Below are positions 30,299 to 39,429 of a stretch of 64,000 nucleotides of DNA, in pieces. The position numbers and the translations under genes are program-made. Source of the DNA: Oscillospiraceae bacterium. GTDB lineage: Bacteria > Bacillota > Clostridia > Oscillospirales > JAAYXM01. The notes beneath the pieces are model-generated. The model worked only from the letters and a program-made list of their open reading frames with translations. It searched no databases and had not been told where the DNA came from. Numbering within the stretch: the stretch's first letter is position 1; the number at the start of each line of letters is the position of its first letter. Where the stretch lies: positions 20,767 to 84,766 of the forward strand of contig JAFQSU010000007.1 of assembly GCA_017409405.1 (NCBI GenBank), read 5' to 3'.

Positions 30299-30575
30299 TA
30301 TGTTTTTGCAAGAATGTAATAAAAAGTTAATAAAAACGGCTATTATCGACGTGTTTTTTTATAAAACCAAAACTTTTAAAAACGGTCGGTCGTGTAAAAT
30401 TACGGCTCGGTTTTAGCACTCGGACGCTCGGTTTGTTAATTTCAAGTGGTCGGTCGTGCTGTTTTTTGCACCGTTCCGGTCTCTTTTTATGCAAATTTTG
30501 GGTTTTTATAAAAAAAGCCTTGCGCCGCGTATCGACAAAGGTGTATAATCAATAAAACGGAAAGGCGGTGAGCAT

Positions 30576-31409
30576 ATGAAAAGAAACGAGCTTAAAAGCT
30601 GTGCGGTTATAAATGACCTCACGGGGTTTGGGCGTTGTGCGCTTAACGTCACGCTTCCCGTGATGAGTGCGCTGGGTGTTCGTGTGCTTGCCGTGCCGAC
30701 TGCCGTGCTTTCAAACCACACTGCGTTTGATGAGTATTATTTTTCAGACCTTACCGACGGCATGCCCCTTTTTTTTGAAAACTGGGAAAAGCTCGGTCTT
30801 TCCCATGACGGTATATACACGGGCTTTCTCGGTTCGGAGAAGCAGGTTGATATCATTCTTGATTTTATAAAAAAGTCAAAGACGGAAAAGACCCACCTTT
30901 TTGTTGACCCCATAATGGGCGACGACGGCAAGCTTTACTCTACATACACAGAAGAGCTTGTTCTTAAGATGCGCTCTCTTGTCCATGATGCGGATATAAT
31001 CACGCCGAATCTTACCGAGGCTTGTCTGCTTGCCGGCGTTTCTTACGATAAGATGCAAAATGCAACGGATGATGAAATATTTGCCCTTGCAAAACGCCTT
31101 TGCAGTCTTGGTGCAAGGTGTACCGTAATAACGGGTATCTTTCGCGGCAGGCGTGTGCTCAACTTTGTTTACGATGCGGTGCGAGGGGAAAAATTCATAT
31201 CCTCCTCGAAGTACATAGCAGGTCAGTTCTGCGGAACGGGTGACCTCTTTGCAACGCTCCTGTTCGGCTATGTTATGCGCGGCTGCTCACTGCGGCGTGC
31301 TATAAGGCGCACCTCACGTTTTATCTGCCGCGCGGTACGGCTGTCAGAGCGGCTTGGAGTTTCCCCCACCGACGGAGTTGCATTTGAACCGATTTTAAAA
31401 TATGTATAA
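30576..31409 (+). CDS. pdxK: pyridoxal/pyridoxamine kinase
   Basis: 277 aa, ribokinase-like fold. N-terminal INDLTGFGRCALNVTLPVMSALG, and the GTGD anion hole near the C-terminus. Confidence 0.88.
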   Translation: MKRNELKSCAVINDLTGFGRCALNVTLPVMSALGVRVLAVPTAVLSNHTAFDEYYFSDLTDGMPLFFENWEKLGLSHDGIYTGFLGSEKQVDIILDFIKKSKTEKTHLFVDPIMGDDGKLYSTYTEELVLKMRSLVHDADIITPNLTEACLLAGVSYDKMQNATDDEIFALAKRLCSLGARCTVITGIFRGRRVLNFVYDAVRGEKFISSSKYIAGQFCGTGDLFATLLFGYVMRGCSLRRAIRRTSRFICRAVRLSERLGVSPTDGVAFEPILKYV

Positions 31410-31443
31410 AAGGCTTCTCGGAAAACGGGAAGCCTTTCCGTTT
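31410..31443 (+). terminator. rho-independent terminator
   Basis: AAGGCTTC-tcggaaaacgg-GAAGCCTT followed by TCCGTTT. Confidence 0.6.
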
Positions 31444-31470
31444 GACATAATAGTTACAATATGTTACAAT
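31442..31470 (+). promoter_or_regulatory. candidate promoter of the SLH protein gene
   Basis: TTGACA, 17-nt spacer, TACAAT (extended TGtTACAAT). Confidence 0.6.
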
Positions 31471-31509
31471 CAATAACACATATTAACAAAGTGGGGAATA
31501 AAATATAAT

Positions 31510-32592
31510 ATGAAGAAAAGATTTTTTTGTCTTCTGCTTATACTGTGCATGACCTGCAGCTTTTCGCAGGCGTTTGCGGCAGACGTTCCGACAGAAGCAG
31601 AAGCGTATCAGAAGATTTCCGCAATGAAAGCCAAATACCCGGAGGGCACTCCGTGGTCATACCGCAACTATTATTCGTGGAAGGGCGGCACCTACGGCGG
31701 TGCAAGCTCGTGTATGGGCTTTGCCATGCTTTTGTCCGATGCGGCGTTCGGGTCGCTTCCTGCAAGAAACATCAACAACACAAAAAGCACGCCCATTACG
31801 ATAGGCGTTCTGCGTGTGGGCGACATTCTCCGTCTGCCCGGTCACAGCGTTGTTGTGCTCGAAAAGCATTCTGACCATATTATAATAGCTGAAGGAAACT
31901 ACGAGCGCCGTGTCCACTGGGGCAGAAAAATAACTGCCGCACAGGTGGCGAGGGCGAACTACTACACCACCCGTTACCCCGTCGGGTATACCGCACCTGC
32001 GGCAAAGGCACCCGAGCCCGAAAGGGTTGAAATCACCTCGGGCGGTGTTACGTACAAGGTCTCCGATATCGCAAAGCACTGGGCGCGAGAGCATATAAAA
32101 GAATGCGTGTCAAGCGGACTTTTAGGCGTTTCGGGAACTGCCGACAACGCATATTTCAAGCCCGATGATAACGCAAACCGCGCGCAGATTGTAACGGCAC
32201 TTTACCGTGCCAAGGGCTCCCCTGCTCCGAAGTATGAGAACTCCTTCACGGATATTGGCGAGGACTGGTACCGTGACGCCGTTTCGTGGGCATCTGAAAG
32301 CGGCATTGTTTCGGGCGTGACCGAGACGAGCTTTGCACCCGATGCAGATGTCACCCGTGAACAGATTGCCGTTATTCTCTACCGCTTTTCGGGAAAAAAG
32401 TCCGAGACCTCGGACTTTTCGGCATACGCAGACGGCGAAAGCGTTTCGGAGTATGCGAAAGAAGCACTCTCCTGGGCTGTGGAAAACAGCATAATCTCCG
32501 GCAAGAACGGCTTGCTTGTTCCGCAGGGCAAGACAACAAGAGCCGAGCTTGCAACCATGATAGTCCGATTTTCCATGGCAATGATAAAGTAA
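31510..32592 (+). CDS. secreted protein: N-terminal Cys/His (transglutaminase/papain-like) domain + three SLH domains
   Basis: Signal peptide MKKRFFCLLLILCMTCSFSQAFA. SSCMGFAMLLSDAAFGSLPAR...GHSVVVLEKHSDH. Three C-terminal SLH repeats (HWAREHIKECV..., DWYRDAVSWASE..., SEYAKEALSWAVE...). Confidence 0.8.
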   Translation: MKKRFFCLLLILCMTCSFSQAFAADVPTEAEAYQKISAMKAKYPEGTPWSYRNYYSWKGGTYGGASSCMGFAMLLSDAAFGSLPARNINNTKSTPITIGVLRVGDILRLPGHSVVVLEKHSDHIIIAEGNYERRVHWGRKITAAQVARANYYTTRYPVGYTAPAAKAPEPERVEITSGGVTYKVSDIAKHWAREHIKECVSSGLLGVSGTADNAYFKPDDNANRAQIVTALYRAKGSPAPKYENSFTDIGEDWYRDAVSWASESGIVSGVTETSFAPDADVTREQIAVILYRFSGKKSETSDFSAYADGESVSEYAKEALSWAVENSIISGKNGLLVPQGKTTRAELATMIVRFSMAMIK

Positions 32593-32596
32593 ATTA

Positions 32597-32637
32597 AGGC
32601 GTGCGGCAAAATTCATTTGCCGCACGCCTGTTTTTTG
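32597..32637 (+). terminator. rho-independent terminator
   Basis: AGGCGTGCGGCAAA / TTTGCCGCACGCCT stem followed by GTTTTTT. Confidence 0.9.
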
Positions 32638-32662
32638 AACGTACCGGAGGACAACAGAACCC

Positions 32663-32695
32663 AAGCAAAAGGAGTAAGCCCGTCGAGCTTACTCC
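32663..32695 (-). terminator. terminator of the small minus-strand gene
   Basis: Minus strand GGAGTAAGC-tcgacgg-GCTTACTCC followed by TTTTGCTT. Confidence 0.7.
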
Positions 32696-32723
32696 AGTAT
32701 ACATATTGTATCACAGTTTTAAA

Positions 32724-32768
32724 TTAACTTTGTGCCAACTTTTTTCCACCCCTAAAATCGAAAATTTC
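32724..32768 (-). repeat. 45-bp repeat (family E), copy A
   Basis: The reverse complement, gaaattttcgattttaggggtggaaaaaagttggcacaaagttaa, matches 41196-41239 at about 41/46 positions. Confidence 0.8.
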
Positions 32769-33006
32769 AGTTAACAACCCCTACGGCACCGCCACCGTCC
32801 TCGGCAAAGAGCAGGAGTGCGGTGTCGGACAGAAACGCCTGTGCCCGAATCCTTTTGGGGTGCTCGCAAATCTCCGAAAAGGCGTGCTCTGCAAGTGCGT
32901 GCACTATCTCATGCGACGGTCGCCCTCCGTGATATCCGAGAGCCTCGAGCTCTCCGAGTGTAAAGGTTGCCGCAACCGTACCGTTCTTAATCCGTATAGC
33001 CTTCAT
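32767..33006 (-). CDS. hypothetical small protein (79 aa)
   Basis: AAGAGGT SD 8 nt upstream and its own terminator. The N-terminus MKAIRIKNGTVAATFTLGELEALG weakly recalls MecA-type adaptors; not assignable. Confidence 0.5.
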   Translation of the reverse strand: MKAIRIKNGTVAATFTLGELEALGYHGGRPSHEIVHALAEHAFSEICEHPKRIRAQAFLSDTALLLFAEDGGGAVGVVN

Positions 33007-33107
33007 ATGTATGTACCTCTTTATAAAGTTTTTGTAAACATATTATATTACAGGCAAACGTGTTTTTAAATGCAAAACTTTTACCAGTTGGGAAGCACGT
33101 CAAAGTA

Positions 33108-33136
33108 TTGACATTTGTCTCTAAATACGATAAAAT
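33108..33136 (+). promoter_or_regulatory. candidate hisS-aspS promoter
   Basis: TTGACA, 17-nt spacer, TAAAAT. Confidence 0.65.
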
Positions 33137-33189
33137 TTTTTAGATATATAAGTATATTATTTTAATATGATAAAAGGCAGAGTGATTTC

Positions 33190-34452
33190 ATGGAAAAGAT
33201 TACTGCGCCGCGCGGAACAAAGGACGTTCTTCCCGAAGAGTCCCGTGCATGGCAAATACTTGAAGAAAAGCTTCGCGGTCTTGCTCACCGCTTCGGATTT
33301 CGGGAAATCCGCTTCCCCACCTTTGAAGATGTTGCGCTTTTTGACCGCGGCGTCGGCGACACAACCGATGTTGTTCAGAAGGAGATGTACGACTTTTACG
33401 ACAAGGGCGACCGCCACATTGCGCTCCGTCCCGAGGGTACGGCAAGCGTTGTCCGAAGCTTTATAGAAAATTCGCTTCATGCAAAGGGGCTTCCGCTCAA
33501 GGTGTATTACATTGCACCGAACTTCAGATACGAAAAGCCGCAGGCAGGAAGACTCCGTGAGCATCATCAGTTCGGCGTTGAGTGCTTCGGTGCGGCAGAT
33601 GCATCTGCAGATGCAGAGGTCATCTCCCTCGGCGCTACCCTTCTCCGTGAGCTTGGCATAACCGATACCGAGCTTCATCTCAACTCATGCGGCTGTAAGG
33701 AATGCCGCAAGGGCTACCATGCCGCTCTCAAGGAGTATTTCGAGGGCAAGAAGGACGAGCTGTGCGACACCTGCAACGACCGCCTTTCACGCAACCCGAT
33801 GAGAATACTCGACTGCAAGAGCGAAATATGCAAGCGCATCTCCGCAGACGCTCCGAAAATTCCGGACTTCCTCTGCGATTCTTGCCGTGAGCATTTTGAA
33901 AAGCTTAAATCCTGCCTTGATGAGATAGGCATAAAATACACGCTTGACCCCATGCTCGTCCGCGGTCTTGACTATTACACAAACACCGTCTTTGAGTTCG
34001 TTTCGGGCAAGCTCGGCGCACAGTCTACTGTGCTCGGCGGCGGCAGATATGACGGTCTTGTCGAGAGTCTTGGCGGTCCTGCCACTCCGGGTCTGGGCTT
34101 TGGCTGCGGCATAGAGCGACTTATGCTTACGCTTGAAGCTGAGGGCAAGCTTGAAAATTCACGCCTTGTTCCCGACGTTTTTGTGGCACATGCCGATGCT
34201 GAGGCTGAAATGTTTGCACACAAGCTCACATACGAGCTTCGTTCACTCGGCGTTTGGGCAGAGCGCGACACTACGGGTCGTTCGCTCAAGGCACAGATGA
34301 AATATGCCGGCAAAATCGGGGCAAAATACTCAGTGGTAATCGGCGGCAACGAGATTGCCGAAGCAAAAATAAACGTAAAGAACATGGACAACGGCGAAGT
34401 CTTTGAATGCAAGCTTTCCGCCGAAGCCATAAAAGACCTGATCGGAGGCTAA
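33190..34452 (+). CDS. hisS: histidine--tRNA ligase
   Basis: 420 aa, class II motifs (RPEGTA, FRYEKPQAGRLREHHQFG, GGGRYDGL). Confidence 0.97.
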   Translation: MEKITAPRGTKDVLPEESRAWQILEEKLRGLAHRFGFREIRFPTFEDVALFDRGVGDTTDVVQKEMYDFYDKGDRHIALRPEGTASVVRSFIENSLHAKGLPLKVYYIAPNFRYEKPQAGRLREHHQFGVECFGAADASADAEVISLGATLLRELGITDTELHLNSCGCKECRKGYHAALKEYFEGKKDELCDTCNDRLSRNPMRILDCKSEICKRISADAPKIPDFLCDSCREHFEKLKSCLDEIGIKYTLDPMLVRGLDYYTNTVFEFVSGKLGAQSTVLGGGRYDGLVESLGGPATPGLGFGCGIERLMLTLEAEGKLENSRLVPDVFVAHADAEAEMFAHKLTYELRSLGVWAERDTTGRSLKAQMKYAGKIGAKYSVVIGGNEIAEAKINVKNMDNGEVFECKLSAEAIKDLIGG

Positions 34453-34457
34453 GATAT

Positions 34458-36248
34458 ATGGAAAACATTACAGGAATGAAGAGAACCAAATACTGCGGAG
34501 ACTTCCGTGCAGAGCATATAGGCGAGGCGGCAACCGTCTGCGGCTGGGTACAGCGTATGCGCAACCTCGGCGGTCTTATATTCATCGACCTGCGCGACAG
34601 AAGCGGCATTGTTCAGTGTACGTTTGACGAAGCAGAAAATGCAGAGCTCTTCAAAAAGGCGTTTACCGTAAGAAGCGAGTTTGTTCTCTCGGTGCGCGGC
34701 ACTGTCCGCAGCCGTGGCGAGGGTGCGATTACCGACCGCATTCCGACGGGTGCTGTTGAAATTCTTGCAGAGGATATGCGTATACTCTCAAAGGCACAGA
34801 CGCCCCCGTTTGAAATAGTTGAGGACAGCGACGTAAACGACGTTCTCCGTCTGAAGTACCGCTACCTCGACCTTCGCCGTCCCGACATGCAGAGAAAGAT
34901 AGCTCTCCGTCACCGCATTACGAAGATTGCACGTGACTATTATGACGAAAACGGCTTTTATGAAATAGAGACCCCGATTCTTACAAAATCAACTCCCGAG
35001 GGCGCACGTGACTATCTTGTTCCGTCACGCGTTCACCCCGGAAAGTTCTATGCTCTTCCCCAGTCACCCCAGCAGTATAAGCAGCTTCTTATGCTTGCCG
35101 GCTTTGACAGATACATGCAGATTGCACGCTGCTTCCGCGACGAGGACCTTCGTGCAGACCGTCAACCGGAGTTTACGCAGATTGACCTTGAAATGTCCTT
35201 TGCCGATGTAGACGATGTCATTTCGGTAAACGAGGGCTTTGTTGCAACGCTCTGGGAAAAGATTTTAGGCAAAAAGATTTCTCTTCCGCTTCCGCGTATG
35301 ACTTATGCCGAGGCTATGGAGCGCTTTGGCTCGGACAAGCCCGACACACGCTTCGGCTTTGAGCTTCAGGACATTTCCGATATTGCAAAAACATGTGAGT
35401 TCAAGGTTTTCTCGGGTGCTGTTGAGGCAGGCGGAAGTGTCCGCATGATTAAGGTAGACGGCGGCGCAAAATTTGCAAGAAAAGAGATTGACGGTCTTGC
35501 CGAGTGGGTAAAGACCTACCGCGCAAAGGGTCTTGCATGGTTAAAGCTTGCAGATGACGGCACAATGTCAAGTAGCTTTGCCAAGTTCCTCACAGAGGAC
35601 GAGGTCAAGGCAATCATCGACCGTGCAGATGCGAAAAACGGCGACGTTATCTTTGTTGTCGCAGACGGAAACGACGAGATTGTAAAGGCGGCTCTCGGTG
35701 CACTTCGCTGTGAGTGTGCAAAGAGACTCGACGTCATAGATCCCGATCGCTTCGATATATTCTGGATTGTAGAGTTTCCGCTGTTTGAGTACGACGAGGA
35801 AGAAGACCGCTATGTTGCAAAGCACCACCCGTTCACCGCTCCGATGGACGAGGACGTGGATACCATGATGACAAACCCGGCAGCGGCAAGAGCAAAGGCA
35901 TACGACCTTGTCATCAACGGCAACGAAGCAGGCGGCGGTTCAATCCGTATTCACTCCTCCGACCTTCAGGAGAAGATGTTTGAGGCTCTCGGCTTTTCAA
36001 AAGAGGCGGCAAATGACCGTTTCGGTCACATGATAGAGGCGTTCTCCTACGGCGCACCGCCCCACGGCGGTCTTGCCTTCGGTCTTGACAGACTTGTCAT
36101 GCTTCTTGCCGGTACTGATTCCATCCGTGATGTAATCGCCTTCCCCAAGGTTCAGAACGCATCCGAAATCATGATGGCATCCCCCGACTTTGTAGAAGAT
36201 ATCCAGCTTACCGACCTGCATATTGCAGTAACGGGAAGCGAGGAGTAA
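34458..36248 (+). CDS. aspS: aspartate--tRNA ligase
   Basis: Track ORF trimmed to MENITGMKRTKYCG after GGAGG. OB fold, FRDEDLRADRQPEFTQ, GGGSIRIH, GLDRLVM. Confidence 0.97.
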   Translation: MENITGMKRTKYCGDFRAEHIGEAATVCGWVQRMRNLGGLIFIDLRDRSGIVQCTFDEAENAELFKKAFTVRSEFVLSVRGTVRSRGEGAITDRIPTGAVEILAEDMRILSKAQTPPFEIVEDSDVNDVLRLKYRYLDLRRPDMQRKIALRHRITKIARDYYDENGFYEIETPILTKSTPEGARDYLVPSRVHPGKFYALPQSPQQYKQLLMLAGFDRYMQIARCFRDEDLRADRQPEFTQIDLEMSFADVDDVISVNEGFVATLWEKILGKKISLPLPRMTYAEAMERFGSDKPDTRFGFELQDISDIAKTCEFKVFSGAVEAGGSVRMIKVDGGAKFARKEIDGLAEWVKTYRAKGLAWLKLADDGTMSSSFAKFLTEDEVKAIIDRADAKNGDVIFVVADGNDEIVKAALGALRCECAKRLDVIDPDRFDIFWIVEFPLFEYDEEEDRYVAKHHPFTAPMDEDVDTMMTNPAAARAKAYDLVINGNEAGGGSIRIHSSDLQEKMFEALGFSKEAANDRFGHMIEAFSYGAPPHGGLAFGLDRLVMLLAGTDSIRDVIAFPKVQNASEIMMASPDFVEDIQLTDLHIAVTGSEE

Positions 36249-36333
36249 GAAATTTATAAATTATTCACACAAACACCGCACATTTCTGATATTGTAAATA
36301 CAGTATATATGTTTGCATAGGAGTAATGAGCAG

Positions 36334-37257
36334 ATGATTAAAATCAACAACCTTTCCAAACGCTACGGTCCGAAAGAGGCGGTTAAGGGCATATCGTTTG
36401 AGGTAAAAAAGGGCGAAATCGTAGGATTTCTCGGCCCTAACGGCGCAGGAAAGTCCACGACCATGAACATTCTCACGGGCTATCTGTCCGCAACCGGCGG
36501 AAGCGCAAAAATTGCAGGCTTTGATGTTCTTGACGATGCGATAGAGGCACGCCGCCATGTCGGATATCTCCCCGAACAGCCGCCGCTTTACTTTGACATG
36601 ACGGTTGACGAATATTTAAACTTCGTATACGAGCTCAAAGCGGCAAAACAGCCGCGCAAGGCACACCTTGACCGCATATGCGAGCTTGTGGGCATCTCTC
36701 ATGTCCGCCACAGAATAATCAAAAACCTCTCAAAGGGATATAAGCAGCGTGTCGGCTTTGCTCAGGCGCTTATCGGCGACCCCGATGTTCTCATCCTTGA
36801 CGAGCCGACGGAGGGTCTTGACCCGAATCAGAGAGTAGAAATAAGAAACCTGATTACCGGCCTCGGCCGCGAACGCACCGTTATCCTCTCGACACATATT
36901 ATCCCCGAGGTAGTTGACGTGTGTGAGCGTGTAGTCGTTATAAACGAAGGCGTTATCGTCGCGGACGATACGGTTGAAAACCTCGTTCACGACCTTGACG
37001 GTGAAAGCAGGTTCATAGCCGAGATTGAGGGAGAAAGCGATAAAATCATCCCGATTCTCGCCGCAATTGAGGGCGTTGTTGACGTCACCTCCGACGGCAA
37101 AGCATATACGCTTACCGCCGAAGAAGGTGCAGACATCCGTAAGGCTGTGTTCTATGCCGCTGCACAGAACGACCTTCCGCTTCTCTCGTTTGCACCTGTT
37201 GATATATCTCTCGAGGCGGTATTCGCCCGTCTTACCAAGAAAGGGGGAGAGCGCTGA
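36334..37257 (+). CDS. ABC transporter ATP-binding protein (GldA-like)
   Basis: Trimmed to MIKINNLSKRYG. Walker A GPNGAGKST, signature LSKGYKQR, Walker B LILDEPT. Confidence 0.93.
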   Translation: MIKINNLSKRYGPKEAVKGISFEVKKGEIVGFLGPNGAGKSTTMNILTGYLSATGGSAKIAGFDVLDDAIEARRHVGYLPEQPPLYFDMTVDEYLNFVYELKAAKQPRKAHLDRICELVGISHVRHRIIKNLSKGYKQRVGFAQALIGDPDVLILDEPTEGLDPNQRVEIRNLITGLGRERTVILSTHIIPEVVDVCERVVVINEGVIVADDTVENLVHDLDGESRFIAEIEGESDKIIPILAAIEGVVDVTSDGKAYTLTAEEGADIRKAVFYAAAQNDLPLLSFAPVDISLEAVFARLTKKGGER

Positions 37258-37961
37258 TGAAAGCCATATTCAAGCGAGAGTTCCGCTCATACTTCACAAA
37301 CGGTATCGGCTGTGTATACTGTGCCGTATTTGTGTTTGTTATGAACTTCCTTTATTACTTAAACAGCATAACGCAGTATCAGAGCAATTTTCTTTACATT
37401 TTCAACATCATGCTCATTGCCATGATATTTCTTATTCCGATTATGACCATGCGTATATGGAGTGAGGAAAAAAAGCAGAAGACCGACCAGCTTCTCCTTA
37501 CCGCACCCGTAAACACCATGGACATAGTTCTCGGCAAGTTCTTTGCCGCAATGTGCGTTTTTCTCGTGTCTCTTGCATTCACGCTGGTATATCCTCTGAT
37601 GTCCGCACTTTACGGCACTCCCGAGGTCGCCATAACGCTCGGCAACTACATTGCCATTATCCTTGCGGCAGGCGCATATATTGCCATTTCGCAGTTTATG
37701 TCCTCGCTTACGGAGAGTCAGATTATTTCTGCCCTGCTCTCAATAGTAACACTTTCCCTGTTCTTCTTCCTCAATCTCATTTTTGAGAGCACGGATATTG
37801 ACGTAATTTCACGCATCGCATCATTTTTGTCAATTATAACGAGATATGTCAACTTCTATAAAGGGCTGTTTACATTCTCGGATGTTGTTTATTTTGTAAG
37901 CCTCACGGTGCTTTTCCTCTTCTTCACCTCTCGCGTGATAGAGAAGCGCCGCTGGAGCTGA
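37257..37961 (+). CDS. ABC-2 type transporter permease (GldF-like)
   Basis: 234 aa, about six TM segments, 1-nt overlap with the ATPase gene. Confidence 0.85.
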   Translation: MKAIFKREFRSYFTNGIGCVYCAVFVFVMNFLYYLNSITQYQSNFLYIFNIMLIAMIFLIPIMTMRIWSEEKKQKTDQLLLTAPVNTMDIVLGKFFAAMCVFLVSLAFTLVYPLMSALYGTPEVAITLGNYIAIILAAGAYIAISQFMSSLTESQIISALLSIVTLSLFFFLNLIFESTDIDVISRIASFLSIITRYVNFYKGLFTFSDVVYFVSLTVLFLFFTSRVIEKRRWS

Positions 37962-39416
37962 TTGGAGGTGTCGGAATTGAAGTTTGATTTTAACGCAAGA
38001 AAATTCAAATACGGTTCGGCATCGCTGGTTTACGTTGCCCTTTTCGTGGCAATCGTTGTGGTTTTCAACATATTTGCACAGTTTCTTACCGACCGCTTCT
38101 CCCTAAAGCTTGACATGACTGAATCCGGTCAGTATTCTCTCTCCAAGGACACAAAGGAGATGCTTTCGGAAATTGATGAAGATATAAACATCTACATTCT
38201 TTCCACTCAGGCAGCTATGGAGAATAATCTTCAGGCAAAAAATGCTCTTGAGATGATTCAGAGATACAATACAGAGTCCGGCGGAAAGATAAAATATCAG
38301 TTTATCGACCCGAACAAGAATCCGCAGTTCTTTGAAAAATACACCAAGGCACGCAACGCCAAGGCACGCGCTCTTGTAATAGAAGGCCCCGAGCGTTATA
38401 CGGTTGTTGAAAGTGCAGAGTTTGCATATACTCTGGGCGAGAACAACACAAGTAAGGTGTATTACCAGAGCGAAGAAATGCTTTCCTCCGCCATTCTTTA
38501 CGTTTCAAGCAAAGAGGTTTCTGCCGCAGGCTTTGTAACCGGCCATAACGAAGGTGAGGTCGCAGCTCTCGAAACAATCTTTGAGGGCAACAACTTTGAA
38601 ACAAGCGAGGTTGACCTTCTCTCCGGCATTCCGGCAAGCATAAACAACCTTGTCATCGCAGCTCCCAAGGCAGACTTTACCGCAGAGGAGATTGCGGCAC
38701 TTGATAAATACCTCGGAATCGACGGAAACAATCTGTATGTCTTCTGGGGCATGCAGACACCCACGCTCCCCGTGCTTGAACGCTATCTTTCCGAGTGGGG
38801 CTTTGAGTTTCCGCCGTACCTCGTATGCGATGAAAGCAAGGCATACATGACACCGGCATTCCCCGTTGCCGAAACGGTCAAAAACGACCTTATAGACGAG
38901 AAAATGCAGGGCGAGCTCATGCCTATCTTCCCACGCACCCGTGCAATAAAGGTCACCTTTACCGAAAAGAGCTACATGCGTGTCGTTCCGCTTATGCAGA
39001 CGCAGAAGACATCGTATGCAAAGCTTCTTTCCACCGAAAAGCCGATAGAGGTTCTCACCCGTGAGAGCGGAGATGTTGCGGGTCCGCATACCGTTTGTGC
39101 AATCGGTGAGCGCGCACTCGGAAGCTCCGGTCAGGACGGAATTGCAAGAGTTATAGCCTTCGGTACCGAGGGCTTCGCCGACGAAGAGGTTGTCGGCATC
39201 CAGCGTGCATACAACAACACCTTCCTTTCTCAGGTTGTGACATATGCAAACCCCGACACACGCACCATGGCAATAAGACCGAAGATAGTTTCAAACTATG
39301 ACCTCAATATAACCGAGGGTCAGGCAAGACTCTTCAACGTACTTCTCGTATATATACTCCCTGTTCTCATTCTCGCCTTCGGCGTAATTGTGTTTATCAG
39401 AAGAAAGAACAGATAA
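37962..39416 (+). CDS. GldG-like ABC-transporter-associated protein
   Basis: 484 aa. N- and C-terminal TM anchors with a large extracytoplasmic domain. Non-ATG start: TTG 37962 or TTG 37977 after TGGAGG. Confidence 0.75.
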   Translation: MEVSELKFDFNARKFKYGSASLVYVALFVAIVVVFNIFAQFLTDRFSLKLDMTESGQYSLSKDTKEMLSEIDEDINIYILSTQAAMENNLQAKNALEMIQRYNTESGGKIKYQFIDPNKNPQFFEKYTKARNAKARALVIEGPERYTVVESAEFAYTLGENNTSKVYYQSEEMLSSAILYVSSKEVSAAGFVTGHNEGEVAALETIFEGNNFETSEVDLLSGIPASINNLVIAAPKADFTAEEIAALDKYLGIDGNNLYVFWGMQTPTLPVLERYLSEWGFEFPPYLVCDESKAYMTPAFPVAETVKNDLIDEKMQGELMPIFPRTRAIKVTFTEKSYMRVVPLMQTQKTSYAKLLSTEKPIEVLTRESGDVAGPHTVCAIGERALGSSGQDGIARVIAFGTEGFADEEVVGIQRAYNNTFLSQVVTYANPDTRTMAIRPKIVSNYDLNITEGQARLFNVLLVYILPVLILAFGVIVFIRRKNR

Positions 39417-39429
39417 AGGAGAAAATCCT

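Noticed and set aside
30300-30575. Possible small RNA gene (SRP/6S-like) in the long hrcA-pdxK spacer
   Set aside because: No conserved SRP (GGAAGCAGCC), RNase P or tmRNA signature was found. The region is better explained as divergent promoter/operator DNA. This cannot be excluded without covariance-model searches.
33007-33189. T-box leader upstream of hisS-aspS (present in B. subtilis)
   Set aside because: Only about 50 nt separate the candidate -10 box from the ATG. There is no specifier-loop/terminator architecture and no T-box sequence (AGGGUGGNACCGCG-like).
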